The notes beneath the pieces were generated by a model. The model did not search any database, was not told the DNA's origin, and saw nothing but the letters and a program-made list of their open reading frames with translations. Positions 51,238 to 64,000 of a DNA stretch of 64,000 bases are shown here, piece after piece (within the stretch, counting starts at the first letter, position 1; each line of letters begins with the position of its first letter). Source of the stretch: Spirulina sp. GTDB lineage: Bacteria; Cyanobacteriota; Cyanobacteriia; Phormidesmidales; Phormidesmidaceae. A program made the position numbers and the translations under genes. Location: contig JBIPSI010000001.1 in the NCBI GenBank assembly GCA_044070495.1, positions 160,001 through 224,000 on the forward strand, in the 5' to 3' direction.

Positions 51238-53443
51238 CTAAGAAGGGATAGACAGCGGCACTTCGGCGGTGAGGCGGGCCGATAGAAGATAGCGTACGGC
51301 CTGATCTAGGGGCAAGGGTTTGGCGAATAAATAGCCCTGGGCCGCCTCACAGCCTAACCGCTGAAGCTGAATCTGTTGCTCCTCGGTTTCCACCCCCTCG
51401 GCAATGCAGTCCATCCCTAGGTTGTGGGCTAAATCGATGATGGCCTGCACAATCCCCAGCTTTCCGGGCTGCATTTGGTTGACAAAGGAGCGGTCAATTT
51501 TCAGGGTTTCCACCGCAAACTGGCTCAGGTAGCGCAGGGAGGAATAGCCCGTGCCAAAGTCATCAATGCTCAGTTTTATACCCCGTTCATGGATAGCATC
51601 GAGGGTGCGGGCAATGCTGCTCGATTGCTCCAATAAAATGCGCTCGGTGATTTCTAGTTTAAGACGACGACCTTGAACCCCCGTTTCCGCTAAAATCTGA
51701 TCGAGGATAGGAATAAAGCGGTTGTCGCGAAACTGTTGACCCGACACATTAACGCTGACTTGAAAATCGTCGTCTAAATAGACTTTCTGTTCCCACTCAG
51801 CGATGATTTTACACACCTGGCAAAGAATTTGCTTGCCGATGGGTTTAATTAAGCCCGTGTCCTCCGCTAAATCAATAAAGGCCCCAGGCATGATCAATCC
51901 TCGTTGGGGGTGTTGCCAGCGGGCCAGGGCCTCAAATCCAATTAGCGATTGAGACTTTAGATCAACAATGGGCTGGTAATAAACAATAAAAGACTCGCTT
52001 TTAATCGCTTCGCGTAGTTCATTTTCTAGGGTGAGTAGGGCCAGGGCTTCTTGATACATTTCTAGCCCAAAAATTTCGTAGCGATTACGTCCACCCTCTT
52101 TAGCACGATAGAGAGCGATGTCTACATCTCGAAAAATTTCGTTGCTATTTGTGTAATTTGAACTACCCATTAAGACGCCAATACTAGCGGAGGTAAAAAT
52201 AATTTTTCCATCTACCTCAACGGGATTTTCGAGCAGTTGATTAATGGATTCTGCCACCTGAACCACCTCATGGATATGGCTGACATCATCCAAAAAGATG
52301 ACGAATTCATCCCCGCCCCAGCGCGATACCATATCCACTTTGCGAACGGCATGTTTCAGCAGATCCGCCACAGCAACCAGCAGCTTATCCCCGACCAAAT
52401 GGCCCAGACTATCGTTGACGGCCTTAAAGCGATCTAGGTCAATCATCAATAGCCCAAACTGACGACCGGGCTGATGGTGGCACTGGAGAATCTCCACCTC
52501 TAGGCGTTTGGCTAGCCAGTCTCGATTGGGCAAATGGGTCAGGGCATCGTGGAGGGCTTCGTAGCGGAGCCGCCGCTCGACCTTGATCCGCCGAGTGACG
52601 TCTCGCGAACTGGTGACAATGCCGGTGATCGGGCCACCATCATCCAGGATCGATTTGGCCAAGGTTTCAATCCACACATAGCGGCCCGATTGACTACGCA
52701 ATCGATAGGCACTGGTAGTCGAATCGGCGTTTTGGGAGGAGGTTTGAAAATGGAGTTGAAGAATAGGTAGATCGTCGGGGTGGCACAGATCTTGAACCTT
52801 TTTCCCCCTCAAGTCCTCTGGGTTATAGCCCAACAACGCCTCTACGGAAGGACTGACGTAGAGAAATTCGCCCTGGCTGTTGTGAAGGCAGACAAGATCG
52901 CCCATGTGGTCGGCAATTAACCGATAGCGGGCTTCGCTAAGACGGAGATCCTGCTCAACGTGTTGGCGCACTTCGATTTCGGCCTGTAGGGATTGGTTGG
53001 CTAGGGCCAGCTCTTGGGTGCGCTGCTGAACTAACTGTTCGAGATCTTGATTAAATTCTTGTAGTTTTTGATGGGCCTGTCGAAGACTAACTTGAGTATT
53101 AATTCGAGCGATTACCTCAATCATTTTGACGGGTTTTGAGAGGTAGTCAACCCCACCCACAGCAAAGGCTTTGACCTTATCAAAGGGGTCGTCTAAGGCA
53201 CTGATAAAGATGACTGGAATATCCTGGGTCTTAGGGTCTGCCTTCAGCCTTTGACAGATGGTATAACCATCCATATCGGGCAGCATAATATCCAGCAGAA
53301 TCAGATCGATGGGTGTTGAATGGGCGACCGTTAAGGCCATTTCGCCCGTGAGTACACCGCGCGTTTCGTAGCCGTGGTTCGTGAGTTCTCGAGTCAGTAG
53401 ATGCAGGTTATCAGGGATGTCGTCAACCACAAGAATGGTTGGC

Positions 53444-53466
<23 letters not shown>
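51238..53466 (-). CDS. Response regulator REC-PAS-GGDEF-EAL (c-di-GMP turnover)
   Basis: ILVVDD/LLDIMLP/KP receiver; PAS (YVSPS..LLGY, CHPDD); RKVD...[23 protein letters not shown]. Confidence 0.93.
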
Positions 53467-56554
<3,088 letters not shown>

Positions 56555-56930
56555 AGGGTAGGGGTATCCGGCGAGGGGTGATCTCAGTCACCCTTTCAGC
56601 ATCTTACTAGGCTTAAAATGCCCAACCCAGCCCGAAACTTGCCTCATTTAAAGAACTTAATCTACCCTGGTTATCCGAAATAGCCCGCCGATACAGCTTG
56701 CCCTCATCACTAATCTCACCTTTAAAGCCCCTACCGTCGCGCCTTAGGGCTGTTTGCCTAGGGGCGTGGGGATAGCCCCCCTCTTCTGGGCTATGGCCGA
56801 GCTATCTCCTTTGGGGCATGGGTAGGGGCAACCGTACCTCTAGGGGGTAGGAATTGCCGCTTGTGTTGAGGGGGGCACAGCGTCAAAAATGCCCATAGCA
56901 ATGCATACTTAACCGAGTAACCGAACCGCC

Positions 56931-58907
56931 ATGACGACGATTCTGGAACAGGGCAACATTACCATCCATACCGAGAATATTTTCCCGATTATTAAGAAGG
57001 CGCTCTACTCCGAGCACGAAATTTTTCTGCGGGAACTGGTTTCTAACGCCGTAGATGCCATTAAAAAACTCTCCATGGTGTCCCGTTCTGGAGAGTATAG
57101 TGGCGACATCAGCAACCCCGAAATTAGCATTACCCTAGATAAGGACAAGAAAACCCTCAGCGTCTCGGATACCGGGCTTGGCATGACCGCTGACGAGGTG
57201 AAGCAATACATCAACCAAGTCGCCTTTTCGAGTGCCGAAGAATTTATCACCAAGTATAAAGATAGTGCCGCCGAGGATCCAATCATTGGGCACTTTGGTC
57301 TGGGTTTCTACTCATCTTTTATGGTGGCCAGCACCGTTGAAATTGATACGCTGTCCTACAAAGATGGGGCTGAAGCGGTTCACTGGAGTTGTGACGGCAC
57401 CACCCAGTTCTCTCTCAGCCCATCGGAGCGTAACACCGTGGGCACCACCATCACCCTGCATTTGATGGAGGGCGAGGAGGAATATCTCGAATCTGCTCGA
57501 ATCCGGCAGCTCATTAAAACCTACTGCGACTTCATGCCTGTGCCCATCAAAATTGATGGCGAGGTTGTGAACAAACACGAAGCCCCCTGGAAAAAATCCC
57601 CCAGCAGCCTCACGGATGAGGACTATCTGGAATTCTATCGCTACCTCTATCCGTTTCAAGAAGATCCGCTGCTGTGGATTCACCTCAATACCGACTACCC
57701 CTTTGTGGTTAATGGGATTCTTTATTTTCCTAAACTCAAGCCCGATATCGACATCACCAAAAGCAGCATCAAACTCTACTGCAATCAGGTCTTTGTTACC
57801 GATAATTGCGAAGAAGTTGTCCCCCGCTTCCTGCTGCCCCTGCGCGGCGTGATTGACAGCACCGATATTCCCCTCAACGTCAGCCGCAGCTTTTTGCAAG
57901 GGGATCGCACCGTGCGCCGCATCGCCGACTACATCGCCAAAAAAGTGGGTGACAGCCTGAAAGCCCTGTATCGGGACGATCCGGCGAAATACATTTCGAG
58001 CTGGCAGGATCTGGGCAACTTCGTGAAGTTTGGTTCCCTCAACGACGACAAATTCAAGGAACAGGTCAAAGACATTCTCATTTTCCGCACCACCGCTAAA
58101 TTGGCGGATGCCGAGGAAGCGGCCAAGGTAGAAGTGCAAACCGAAGAGGGCGATGCCTGGGCCGAAGTGTCTGACCATAAACCTGCCACCGATGCCAACG
58201 GCAATTTCTACACCACCCTAAAGGACTACCTAGATCGCAACAAAGCCAAGCACGAAAATCGTGTTTTCTATGCCACCGACGAAGTCTCCCAGGCCACCTA
58301 TATCGATCTCTTTAGGGGGCAAGGGCTAGAGGTTTTGTTCATGGATTCCTTCATCGACACCCATTTTGTTCCTTCCCTAGAGAATGAGTTCTCGGAGGTT
58401 AAATTTGTCCGGGTCGATGCCGATCTCGATGACACCCTCCTCGACAAAGAAAAGCAAAGCGAAATCGTTGACCCGGCCACCAACAAAACCCGCGACGACG
58501 AAATTAAGGAGATGTTTGAAAAGGCGCTGGGCAAGCCCCGTGTCAACATCAAGCCCCAGGCTCTAAAAGGCGAAAATGCACCTCCGGCCATGGTGCTGCT
58601 ACCCGAAGAGGCTCGCCGAATGCAGGAAATTAGCGCCCTGATTCAGCAAAAGGCGATGGAATTCCCTGAAGACCATGTGCTGATGGTGAACACTGCTCAC
58701 CCGCTGATTCAAAACCTGCTCGGCCTCAGCCAGAGCACGATTTTGGCCGCCGATGGCAATGCTTCCCCCGCCGGAGCCTTGGCCGAAATGATCTGTAATC
58801 AGGTCTACGACACCGCCCTGATGGCCCAAAAAGGCTTCGATGCCGAGGGCATGAAAACCTTCGTGGATCGGTCAAACACCCTGCTCACCAAGCTCACCGA
58901 GCGCTAG
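56931..58907 (+). CDS. htpG: Molecular chaperone HtpG (Hsp90)
   Basis: IFLRELVSNAVDA, DTGLGM, IIGHFGLGFYS, DIPLNVSRS. Confidence 0.97.
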   Translation: MTTILEQGNITIHTENIFPIIKKALYSEHEIFLRELVSNAVDAIKKLSMVSRSGEYSGDISNPEISITLDKDKKTLSVSDTGLGMTADEVKQYINQVAFSSAEEFITKYKDSAAEDPIIGHFGLGFYSSFMVASTVEIDTLSYKDGAEAVHWSCDGTTQFSLSPSERNTVGTTITLHLMEGEEEYLESARIRQLIKTYCDFMPVPIKIDGEVVNKHEAPWKKSPSSLTDEDYLEFYRYLYPFQEDPLLWIHLNTDYPFVVNGILYFPKLKPDIDITKSSIKLYCNQVFVTDNCEEVVPRFLLPLRGVIDSTDIPLNVSRSFLQGDRTVRRIADYIAKKVGDSLKALYRDDPAKYISSWQDLGNFVKFGSLNDDKFKEQVKDILIFRTTAKLADAEEAAKVEVQTEEGDAWAEVSDHKPATDANGNFYTTLKDYLDRNKAKHENRVFYATDEVSQATYIDLFRGQGLEVLFMDSFIDTHFVPSLENEFSEVKFVRVDADLDDTLLDKEKQSEIVDPATNKTRDDEIKEMFEKALGKPRVNIKPQALKGENAPPAMVLLPEEARRMQEISALIQQKAMEFPEDHVLMVNTAHPLIQNLLGLSQSTILAADGNASPAGALAEMICNQVYDTALMAQKGFDAEGMKTFVDRSNTLLTKLTER

Positions 58908-58952
58908 GGCCAGGATCACGTTTTCGGTGAATCTTGACGTTGGATGGTTATA

Positions 58953-58998
58953 AAACAAGCCCCCTGCCTAACGAAACTGTTAGGCAGGGGGCTTGTTT
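58953..58998. terminator. Perfect 20-bp inverted repeat, probable bidirectional terminator
   Basis: AAACAAGCCCCCTGCCTAAC-GAAACT-GTTAGGCAGGGGGCTTGTTT between convergent htpG and the DUF1517 gene. Confidence 0.8.
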
Positions 58999-59034
58999 CA
59001 GTGATGTAGATTGGGCCTAGAGCCTCGTGTTGTT

Positions 59035-59102
59035 AGAAACCCGGTTTCTTCGCCGGTTGGCCTACAGGATTGAGTCTCTTCCAGGCTAGAAACCGGATTT
59101 CT
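59035..59102. repeat. Pair of AGAAACC(C/G)G.TTTCT palindromes
   Basis: AGAAACCCGGTTTCT at 59035 and AGAAACCGGATTTCT at 59088. Confidence 0.7.
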
Positions 59103-59113
59103 GCATCGGTGTT

Positions 59114-60082
59114 CTAGAGCAGTTTGAGGTGGGGGTATTCGGCGATCATTTCGTCGGCACTGAGGGTTTCGCCGGATTGCTGGGGCGTCCACAGCACCTC
59201 CACCGCTAGCAGATCATCACTGCCAATGGCCCCAATTTGGCCCAGCGCCCGCCGCAGGTCTTCGGTGGAGTGAATATCGGGCAAATCCAGTTTGCCCTGG
59301 GCGGCGACGACGAGGGTAGCCAAGATATATTCCCCAGGGCTGGCAAGGTCGTCGGCCTCACCGGGCAGGGTCGCCTTGGGGGTGGCTTGGGTAAGCTGAC
59401 TGTTCACATTGGAAAGGGTTTCCTCGGTGAACTGGCTGCGAGTGGCTAGGGTATAGCGGTTGAACTCTTGCTCGGCACTCAGGAGACGGGTTTGCTTGTC
59501 TTCGCTGGCCCCGTAGACCCAGTAGTCGGGGTGGCGCAGCAGGGAGAGGGTGGTTTCCTGGAGTAGCTTGGCCAGTCCGGCACTGCTGCCCGTATCGGCA
59601 CTGAGGGCAAGGCGGTTGAGGTCGTCTTGTAGGGAGCGGGCATTGGCCAACAGACCCACTTGCAGCTTGGCCACCGACACCGGAGGATTGCTAGAGGCCG
59701 CCATGGGGATGCCGTCTTCCCCTTCCCCCGCCCGGCGGAAGCTGTTGATCACAAAGTTGGCAATGGCAAAGACCATCAGCAGGGTGAACAAGCCGCCAAA
59801 GCCGCCGCCAAAGCCAAACAGCGGGAACAGGAAGGGAAAGCCAAAGCCGCCACCGGGATAGTAACCGCCGCCTCCCACCGGGGCACGGGTGCTGGGGGCA
59901 GGGGCCATGCGCGGGGCCGGAGCCCGGAAACTGCCGCCGCCAATGCGACCGCCTGCCTTGGCCGCCCAAGCACCATCGGCATGGCCAAACACCAGCACTA
60001 GGGCCAACCCTAGGGCCAAGGCAGGTTTAAATAGGGGCTTCACCCATTGCAGCTTAAAGCGTTGAAAGAATCGTTGCAGCAT
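59114..60082 (-). CDS. DUF1517 family protein
   Basis: GGRIGGGSFR, a Gly-rich TM segment, KLQVGLL, LLRHP.YW, AVEVLWTPQ, YPHL. Confidence 0.9.
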   Translation of the reverse strand: MLQRFFQRFKLQWVKPLFKPALALGLALVLVFGHADGAWAAKAGGRIGGGSFRAPAPRMAPAPSTRAPVGGGGYYPGGGFGFPFLFPLFGFGGGFGGLFTLLMVFAIANFVINSFRRAGEGEDGIPMAASSNPPVSVAKLQVGLLANARSLQDDLNRLALSADTGSSAGLAKLLQETTLSLLRHPDYWVYGASEDKQTRLLSAEQEFNRYTLATRSQFTEETLSNVNSQLTQATPKATLPGEADDLASPGEYILATLVVAAQGKLDLPDIHSTEDLRRALGQIGAIGSDDLLAVEVLWTPQQSGETLSADEMIAEYPHLKLL

Positions 60083-60231
60083 GGCTTTTAATACCGGAAA
60101 AGACTAAACACCGGACGATATTAAGGTGTTGGTTAACGTATCTATACTTTACCGCGCCCGAATCGGACAACCCAGGCCCACGATCCCCGACCCCAGGCCG
60201 GAAAACCGTACTGGTTGGGGATGGGCTTCCC

Positions 60232-60468
60232 CTAACCGCCGCCTACAATGGTGACGATCTCTAGGCGGTCGTTGGGGCGGAGGTAGGTGGAGTCCCAAAG
60301 CTGGCGGTGCAGAATTTCACCGTTATATTCCACCGCCACCAGACGCGGATTTAGCCCTAGGGAGGCAAGAAAGGCGGGCAGCAGGGTGGCGGGCTGACAG
60401 GGCTTGGTTTCGCCATTTACCCGCACGAAGAAGTGATCCAGGGTGGGGTCGAGGGTGGGGTCAGTCAT
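60232..60468 (-). CDS. thiS: Sulfur carrier protein ThiS
   Basis: VNGE, LVAVEYNGEILHR, DRLEIVTIVGGG C-terminus. Confidence 0.92.
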   Translation of the reverse strand: MTDPTLDPTLDHFFVRVNGETKPCQPATLLPAFLASLGLNPRLVAVEYNGEILHRQLWDSTYLRPNDRLEIVTIVGGG

Positions 60469-60737
60469 GGGTACGGTTGGACAGGGTCAGGGTCGGGGGT
60501 AGGAAATTCGGATTGGCTATGGGATTGGATGGGCCGATTTGGATAGATCGCTGTTGCCCTTTCCTATCCTAATGGGCTAGGTATCGCCATGGGGCGAGGG
60601 CAGAAGTCTGCCGCTGAGTTCCCAATGCTGGCACACTGGAGGCTGTACCTGGGGATGGCTTGGCCCACGGATTGCCCAGCTTTCGGAAATCCCCAGAACA
60701 GTCTGCGTTTGCCCTACGGAGTCCAGAACCCACCGCC

Positions 60738-61919
60738 ATGTACGCCCTGACCCACTGCACCCTCTACACAGGCACGCGCACCCTGCGGGATCATGCGTTG
60801 ATTATTGATGGGGCCACCATTGTTGACCTGGTGCCCACGGCACAACTGCCCTCGGATATGCCTCAACAATCGGGCCAGGGTGGGGCGGCGGCACCGGGGT
60901 TTATTGATTTGCAACTGAATGGCTGTGGCGGGGTGATGTTTAACGACGCCATCACCGCAGACACTCTGGACACCATGCACCGCACCAATCTGCGGAGCGG
61001 CACCACCAGCTTTCTACCCACCCTGATTACCACCTCCGACGAGGCCATGGAACAGGCTATCGCGCTTATGGATGGCTATCGGCGCGACCACCCCACCCAA
61101 GTCCTCGGTCTCCATTTAGAAGGCCCCTACCTCAACCCCAAGCGGCGGGGCATCCACGATGGTGCCTACGTGCGCCCCGCCGATGGGGCCATGATCGCCA
61201 AGCTGGCCCAGGCTGGCCCAGAACGGGTGCGGATTGTGACCCTGGCCCCGGAACAGGTGCCAGCGGATCAAATTCGACGCTTGGTGGAGGCCGGAATTCG
61301 GGTTTCGGCGGGCCATTCCGATGCCACCTTTGAGGCGGCGATGGCGGGGTTTGATGCAGGCGTGGGCATGGTCACCCATTTGTTTAATGCCATGTCACCC
61401 TGGCTAGGCCGGTCGCCCGGTTTGGTGGGGGCTGTGTTCAGCCGCCCAGAGGTCTACGCCGGAATCATCGTGGATGGCCACCATATCCACCTCGATTCGG
61501 TGCAGTTGGCCCATCGCCTCAAGGGGGATCATCTGCTGCTGGTCTCCGACGCCACGCCCCCGGTGGGCACCCCGGTGGGCACCGAGATGGACTCCTTCAT
61601 CATCGGTGGGCAGGAGGTCTTTTATCGGGACGGCAAATGTGTGTCGGCGGAGGGTACCCTAGGCGGTTCGGCCTTGACCCTGATGGAAGCGGTGCGACTC
61701 TGTGTGGAACAGGTGGGCCTGCCCCTGGCGGAGGCGTTACGGATGGCTAGCCTTTACCCGGCCCGTGCGATTGGCGTTGATCGAAATCTGGGCCAACTGG
61801 CTCCGGGCTATTGCGCCAATGTTACGGTGTTTGATCCCCAGAACTGGACGGTGCAGGGGGTGATTGAGCAGGGGCAATGGCGTTTAGTTAAACCTGTGCC
61901 CTGCGCCCCAATCCTCTAA
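60738..61919 (+). CDS. nagA: N-acetylglucosamine-6-phosphate deacetylase
   Basis: PGFIDLQLNGCGG, GLHLEGPYL, SAGHSDA, THLFNAM, IVDGHH, LVSDA, LGGS. Confidence 0.95.
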   Translation: MYALTHCTLYTGTRTLRDHALIIDGATIVDLVPTAQLPSDMPQQSGQGGAAAPGFIDLQLNGCGGVMFNDAITADTLDTMHRTNLRSGTTSFLPTLITTSDEAMEQAIALMDGYRRDHPTQVLGLHLEGPYLNPKRRGIHDGAYVRPADGAMIAKLAQAGPERVRIVTLAPEQVPADQIRRLVEAGIRVSAGHSDATFEAAMAGFDAGVGMVTHLFNAMSPWLGRSPGLVGAVFSRPEVYAGIIVDGHHIHLDSVQLAHRLKGDHLLLVSDATPPVGTPVGTEMDSFIIGGQEVFYRDGKCVSAEGTLGGSALTLMEAVRLCVEQVGLPLAEALRMASLYPARAIGVDRNLGQLAPGYCANVTVFDPQNWTVQGVIEQGQWRLVKPVPCAPIL

Positions 61920-62071
61920 AGAGGATTTCGGCTCTGAGCCTTGGACTTCGAGTTCTGGGTTCCTTGACTACCCCCACCAGGGAGTTCACTCCCTGGCTCA
62001 TAGCAACAGTCTGCTGAAATTGTTTCGGGAAATCAGGCTGAGCAGATCGCAAAGTCTCCGCAGCCCACCCT

Positions 62072-62094
62072 TTCCTGCGGAACGCTACGCGAAC
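62072..62094. repeat. Very small dispersed repeat, copy A
   Basis: TTCC-TGC-GGAA-CGCTACGCGAAC; a related copy lies at 62671-62694. Confidence 0.5.
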
Positions 62095-62131
62095 GGGAAG
62101 CAAGTTACACCCCCAGTTCCTCTCCCAGGAG

Positions 62132-62476
62132 GGCTACTGTGTACACATAAGTCCTTGACGTAGATGGCTCGCCAATATCGCCCCGATACTCACCTTCGGA
62201 TTCGCCCAAAATCGATCAATGCTTTGGCTCTCGCTGGCGCTCTGAGTGGCTTGGGGGACGCTGGCCGTCGGATGCTCTCCCAAGGCTGTGAGCACGTTTC
62301 GTAACCGCCGGACATGGCGTAAGTCCTGGAAATGGACGGGATTGATCTCTTAGCTGACCCAATCTTTCATGAGGTTCTCGCTCCAGCTAACCGTATCTTC
62401 CGCCTAGCCTCCTACACATTCCGCCCTAAATCACCAGACAGTAACCTTTCTACAGACTTTTGCGTAAAGGATAGCC
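62132..62476. mobile_element. 345-bp MITE-like element with GGCTA...TAGCC ends
   Basis: Imperfect 22-bp TIRs GGCTACTGTGTACACATAAGTC / GACTTTTGCGTAAAGGATAGCC (16/22 match); no transposase; a related end at ~8428-8450. Confidence 0.55.
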
Positions 62477-62540
62477 TTAATAAGGGGGGATGGGGGGATT
62501 TTCACGGTGTACCCCATTCAAGTGAAACCCGCTATGGATA

Positions 62541-63332
62541 GGTAATGATGCGTTGTAGTGGGGAATAAAATTCCACACCAGGCCAATGTGATTCCGTAGG
62601 CTCTTCGAGAAGGCTAAACTGCGTCTGACAAAGCGTGAAACTCGCTGTCTAAGCGTATAGTTAAACCGTGTTGCTTCGCAACGCTAACGCGAACAATGTA
62701 ACTCGTCTTGCCGCTCGACTGACTGACGACTCGGTGTCGCTTATGGGGGAGAACCTGCTAGTACGCCTCCCAGGCGTCGGAATAGATAACCGCACACTGC
62801 CGATAGACCTTGGGTAAGGACTCCCAGAGTCGTGGGGCACTTTGGGCAGAGGGTCACCCACATCAGCCCCGATCATCTCGCGAGTCTCGGCATCCAGCGC
62901 TAACCAAACCCATTGTTTGTTGCCCTTGTAATCCACAAACGACCAGCGTTCATCGCATTGCACCGTTAATGGCCTTTTTTTTGACCTGACCGTGGCGTGA
63001 GCCGGTGTTTGGGCGACGGTGTCTGGGCGACTTTGCCGGTGACATAGTCTTGCAGCCATTGCTCGGAAACCTGAGTGGCCCAAGCGATTCCAGCCATCGA
63101 GCTACGCTTTAGCAAGAGCCGGTCGATCAGTGCCCGTGTCGGGGTGTCGATCACCTTGTTAGTCGGGTTTTCGACGAACGGACGACCATAGCCACGGTAT
63201 AGGTAACGCGGCTTGTCCGTGTGAATGTGGCCATGTTTGACCGTTCGTTTAGAGGTGCAATCAGAGTAGGAAGGTATAGGCATAGGCATTGTTGCTAAGC
63301 AACACTATCATCCGAAAAAAACCATAATTACC
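62541..63332 (-). mobile_element. Degenerate IS1-family insertion sequence
   Basis: GGTAAT...ATTACC ends about 790 bp apart, enclosing InsA-like and InsB-like remnants. Confidence 0.8.
62545..63289 (-). pseudogene. IS1-family transposase pseudogene
   Basis: Decayed Zn-finger (SDC..KRTVKHGHIH..KPRYLYRGYGRPFV), HTH, and LTVQCDERWSFV..K.NKQWVWLALD. Frameshifts, an in-frame TAG after YSDAWEAY, and a 14-bp duplication interrupt it. Confidence 0.85.
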
Positions 63333-63643
63333 TCTAGAGTTCTACCGGCGACTTTACCCAGGTTAACGTGACAGGAAAAGTACAGACGCCGTGGTTTGAT
63401 GATCGCGTGGGCATTAATCTAGCGTGGCGGTTTTTACTGAACCCACAAGGCCAGATTTTCTTTGTCGGCATTGACGTGCTGGCCTCTGCCCAAAAACTGT
63501 TGAATTTGGGTTTAGTCCGGTAAAAGCATGGGTACCTGGCATCAGATAGCCTCAGCCAAAGTCTTACAGCAACTCGACAGGCATGTTGATCGCGGGCAAG
63601 TCAGAAGTCATCCCATATCCCGGTGGCTTACCCCCGATTCAAA

Positions 63644-64000
63644 TCACAGATGGGCTGGCGTCAACCCCAACCTGGCACCGATAGTAGCCACAACGGATTG
63701 GCTGAGGGCGTTGTAGTCGTAGCCGCCCTCTAGGCCAAAGAGGATGTTGTCGGTGACGCGCAGGGCAAAGTGGGTGAAGGTTGCGTAGTCCTGGGGGCTT
63801 AGGTTAATGCTGGCTAGGGGGTCGGCGGCGGTGGCGTCGTATCCGGCGCTAATTAGCAGCAGGTCGGGGTTGAAGGCCCGCAGGAAAGGAATCGCCTGCT
63901 GGTCGAATTTTTTGTGGTAGTCGGCGCTAGTGCTTCCGGGGGGCATGGGCAGATTGAGGACGTTGTGGTGGAGGCCCGTTTCGGTACTGCGTCCGGTGCC
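63644..64000 (-). CDS. Histone deacetylase/AcuC family protein, C-terminal part (starts beyond the window)
   Basis: GTG...NVLNLPMPPG, PDLLLISAGYDA..ADPL, LEGGYD. Confidence 0.9.
   Translation of the reverse strand, partial: GTGRSTETGLHHNVLNLPMPPGSTSADYHKKFDQQAIPFLRAFNPDLLLISAGYDATAADPLASINLSPQDYATFTHFALRVTDNILFGLEGGYDYNALSQSVVATIGARLGLTPAHL

Noticed and set aside
61557..61583. Short tandem duplications (PVGT x2 in nagA, DPTL x2 in thiS, a 14-mer at ~38063)
   Set aside because: They are in-frame or intergenic two-copy slippage events with no sign of function.

Overview
A 64-kb chromosomal segment of a cyanobacterium (ado/aar, ccmP, petB/petD, ctpA, Tic20 and YggT genes). The roughly 55-60% GC and the protein style suggest a filamentous Leptolyngbya/Nodosilinea-like strain; that placement is inference. 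Most of the window is housekeeping: argJ, an A-type Fe-S carrier, rsmG, rpsF, pgk, upp, htpG, thiS, nagA, larC, an HtrA protease, and a hybrid kinase plus REC-PAS-GGDEF-EAL pair. The most unusual part is a three-gene cassette at 11.6-18.9 kb. It encodes (i) a CHASE2 membrane receptor with no enzymatic output but a small N-terminal helical module, (ii) a secreted DUF928 protein, and (iii) a 1547-aa signal-peptide protein in which the three POTRA domains and first ~4 beta-strands of cyanobacterial BamA/Omp85 are fused to a low-GC TPR-like region and an intact His-Cys CHAT protease. Also notable: ado-aar is followed directly by an slr2103-like acyltransferase and an alpha/beta hydrolase; several small repeat/MITE families occur, including a nested hotspot and a decayed IS1 at 62-63.3 kb; and CCTAGG and TAG stops are strongly favoured while canonical HIP1 was not seen. 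No rRNA, tRNA or CRISPR array was seen. All family assignments come from recognising motifs by eye; no database was searched.
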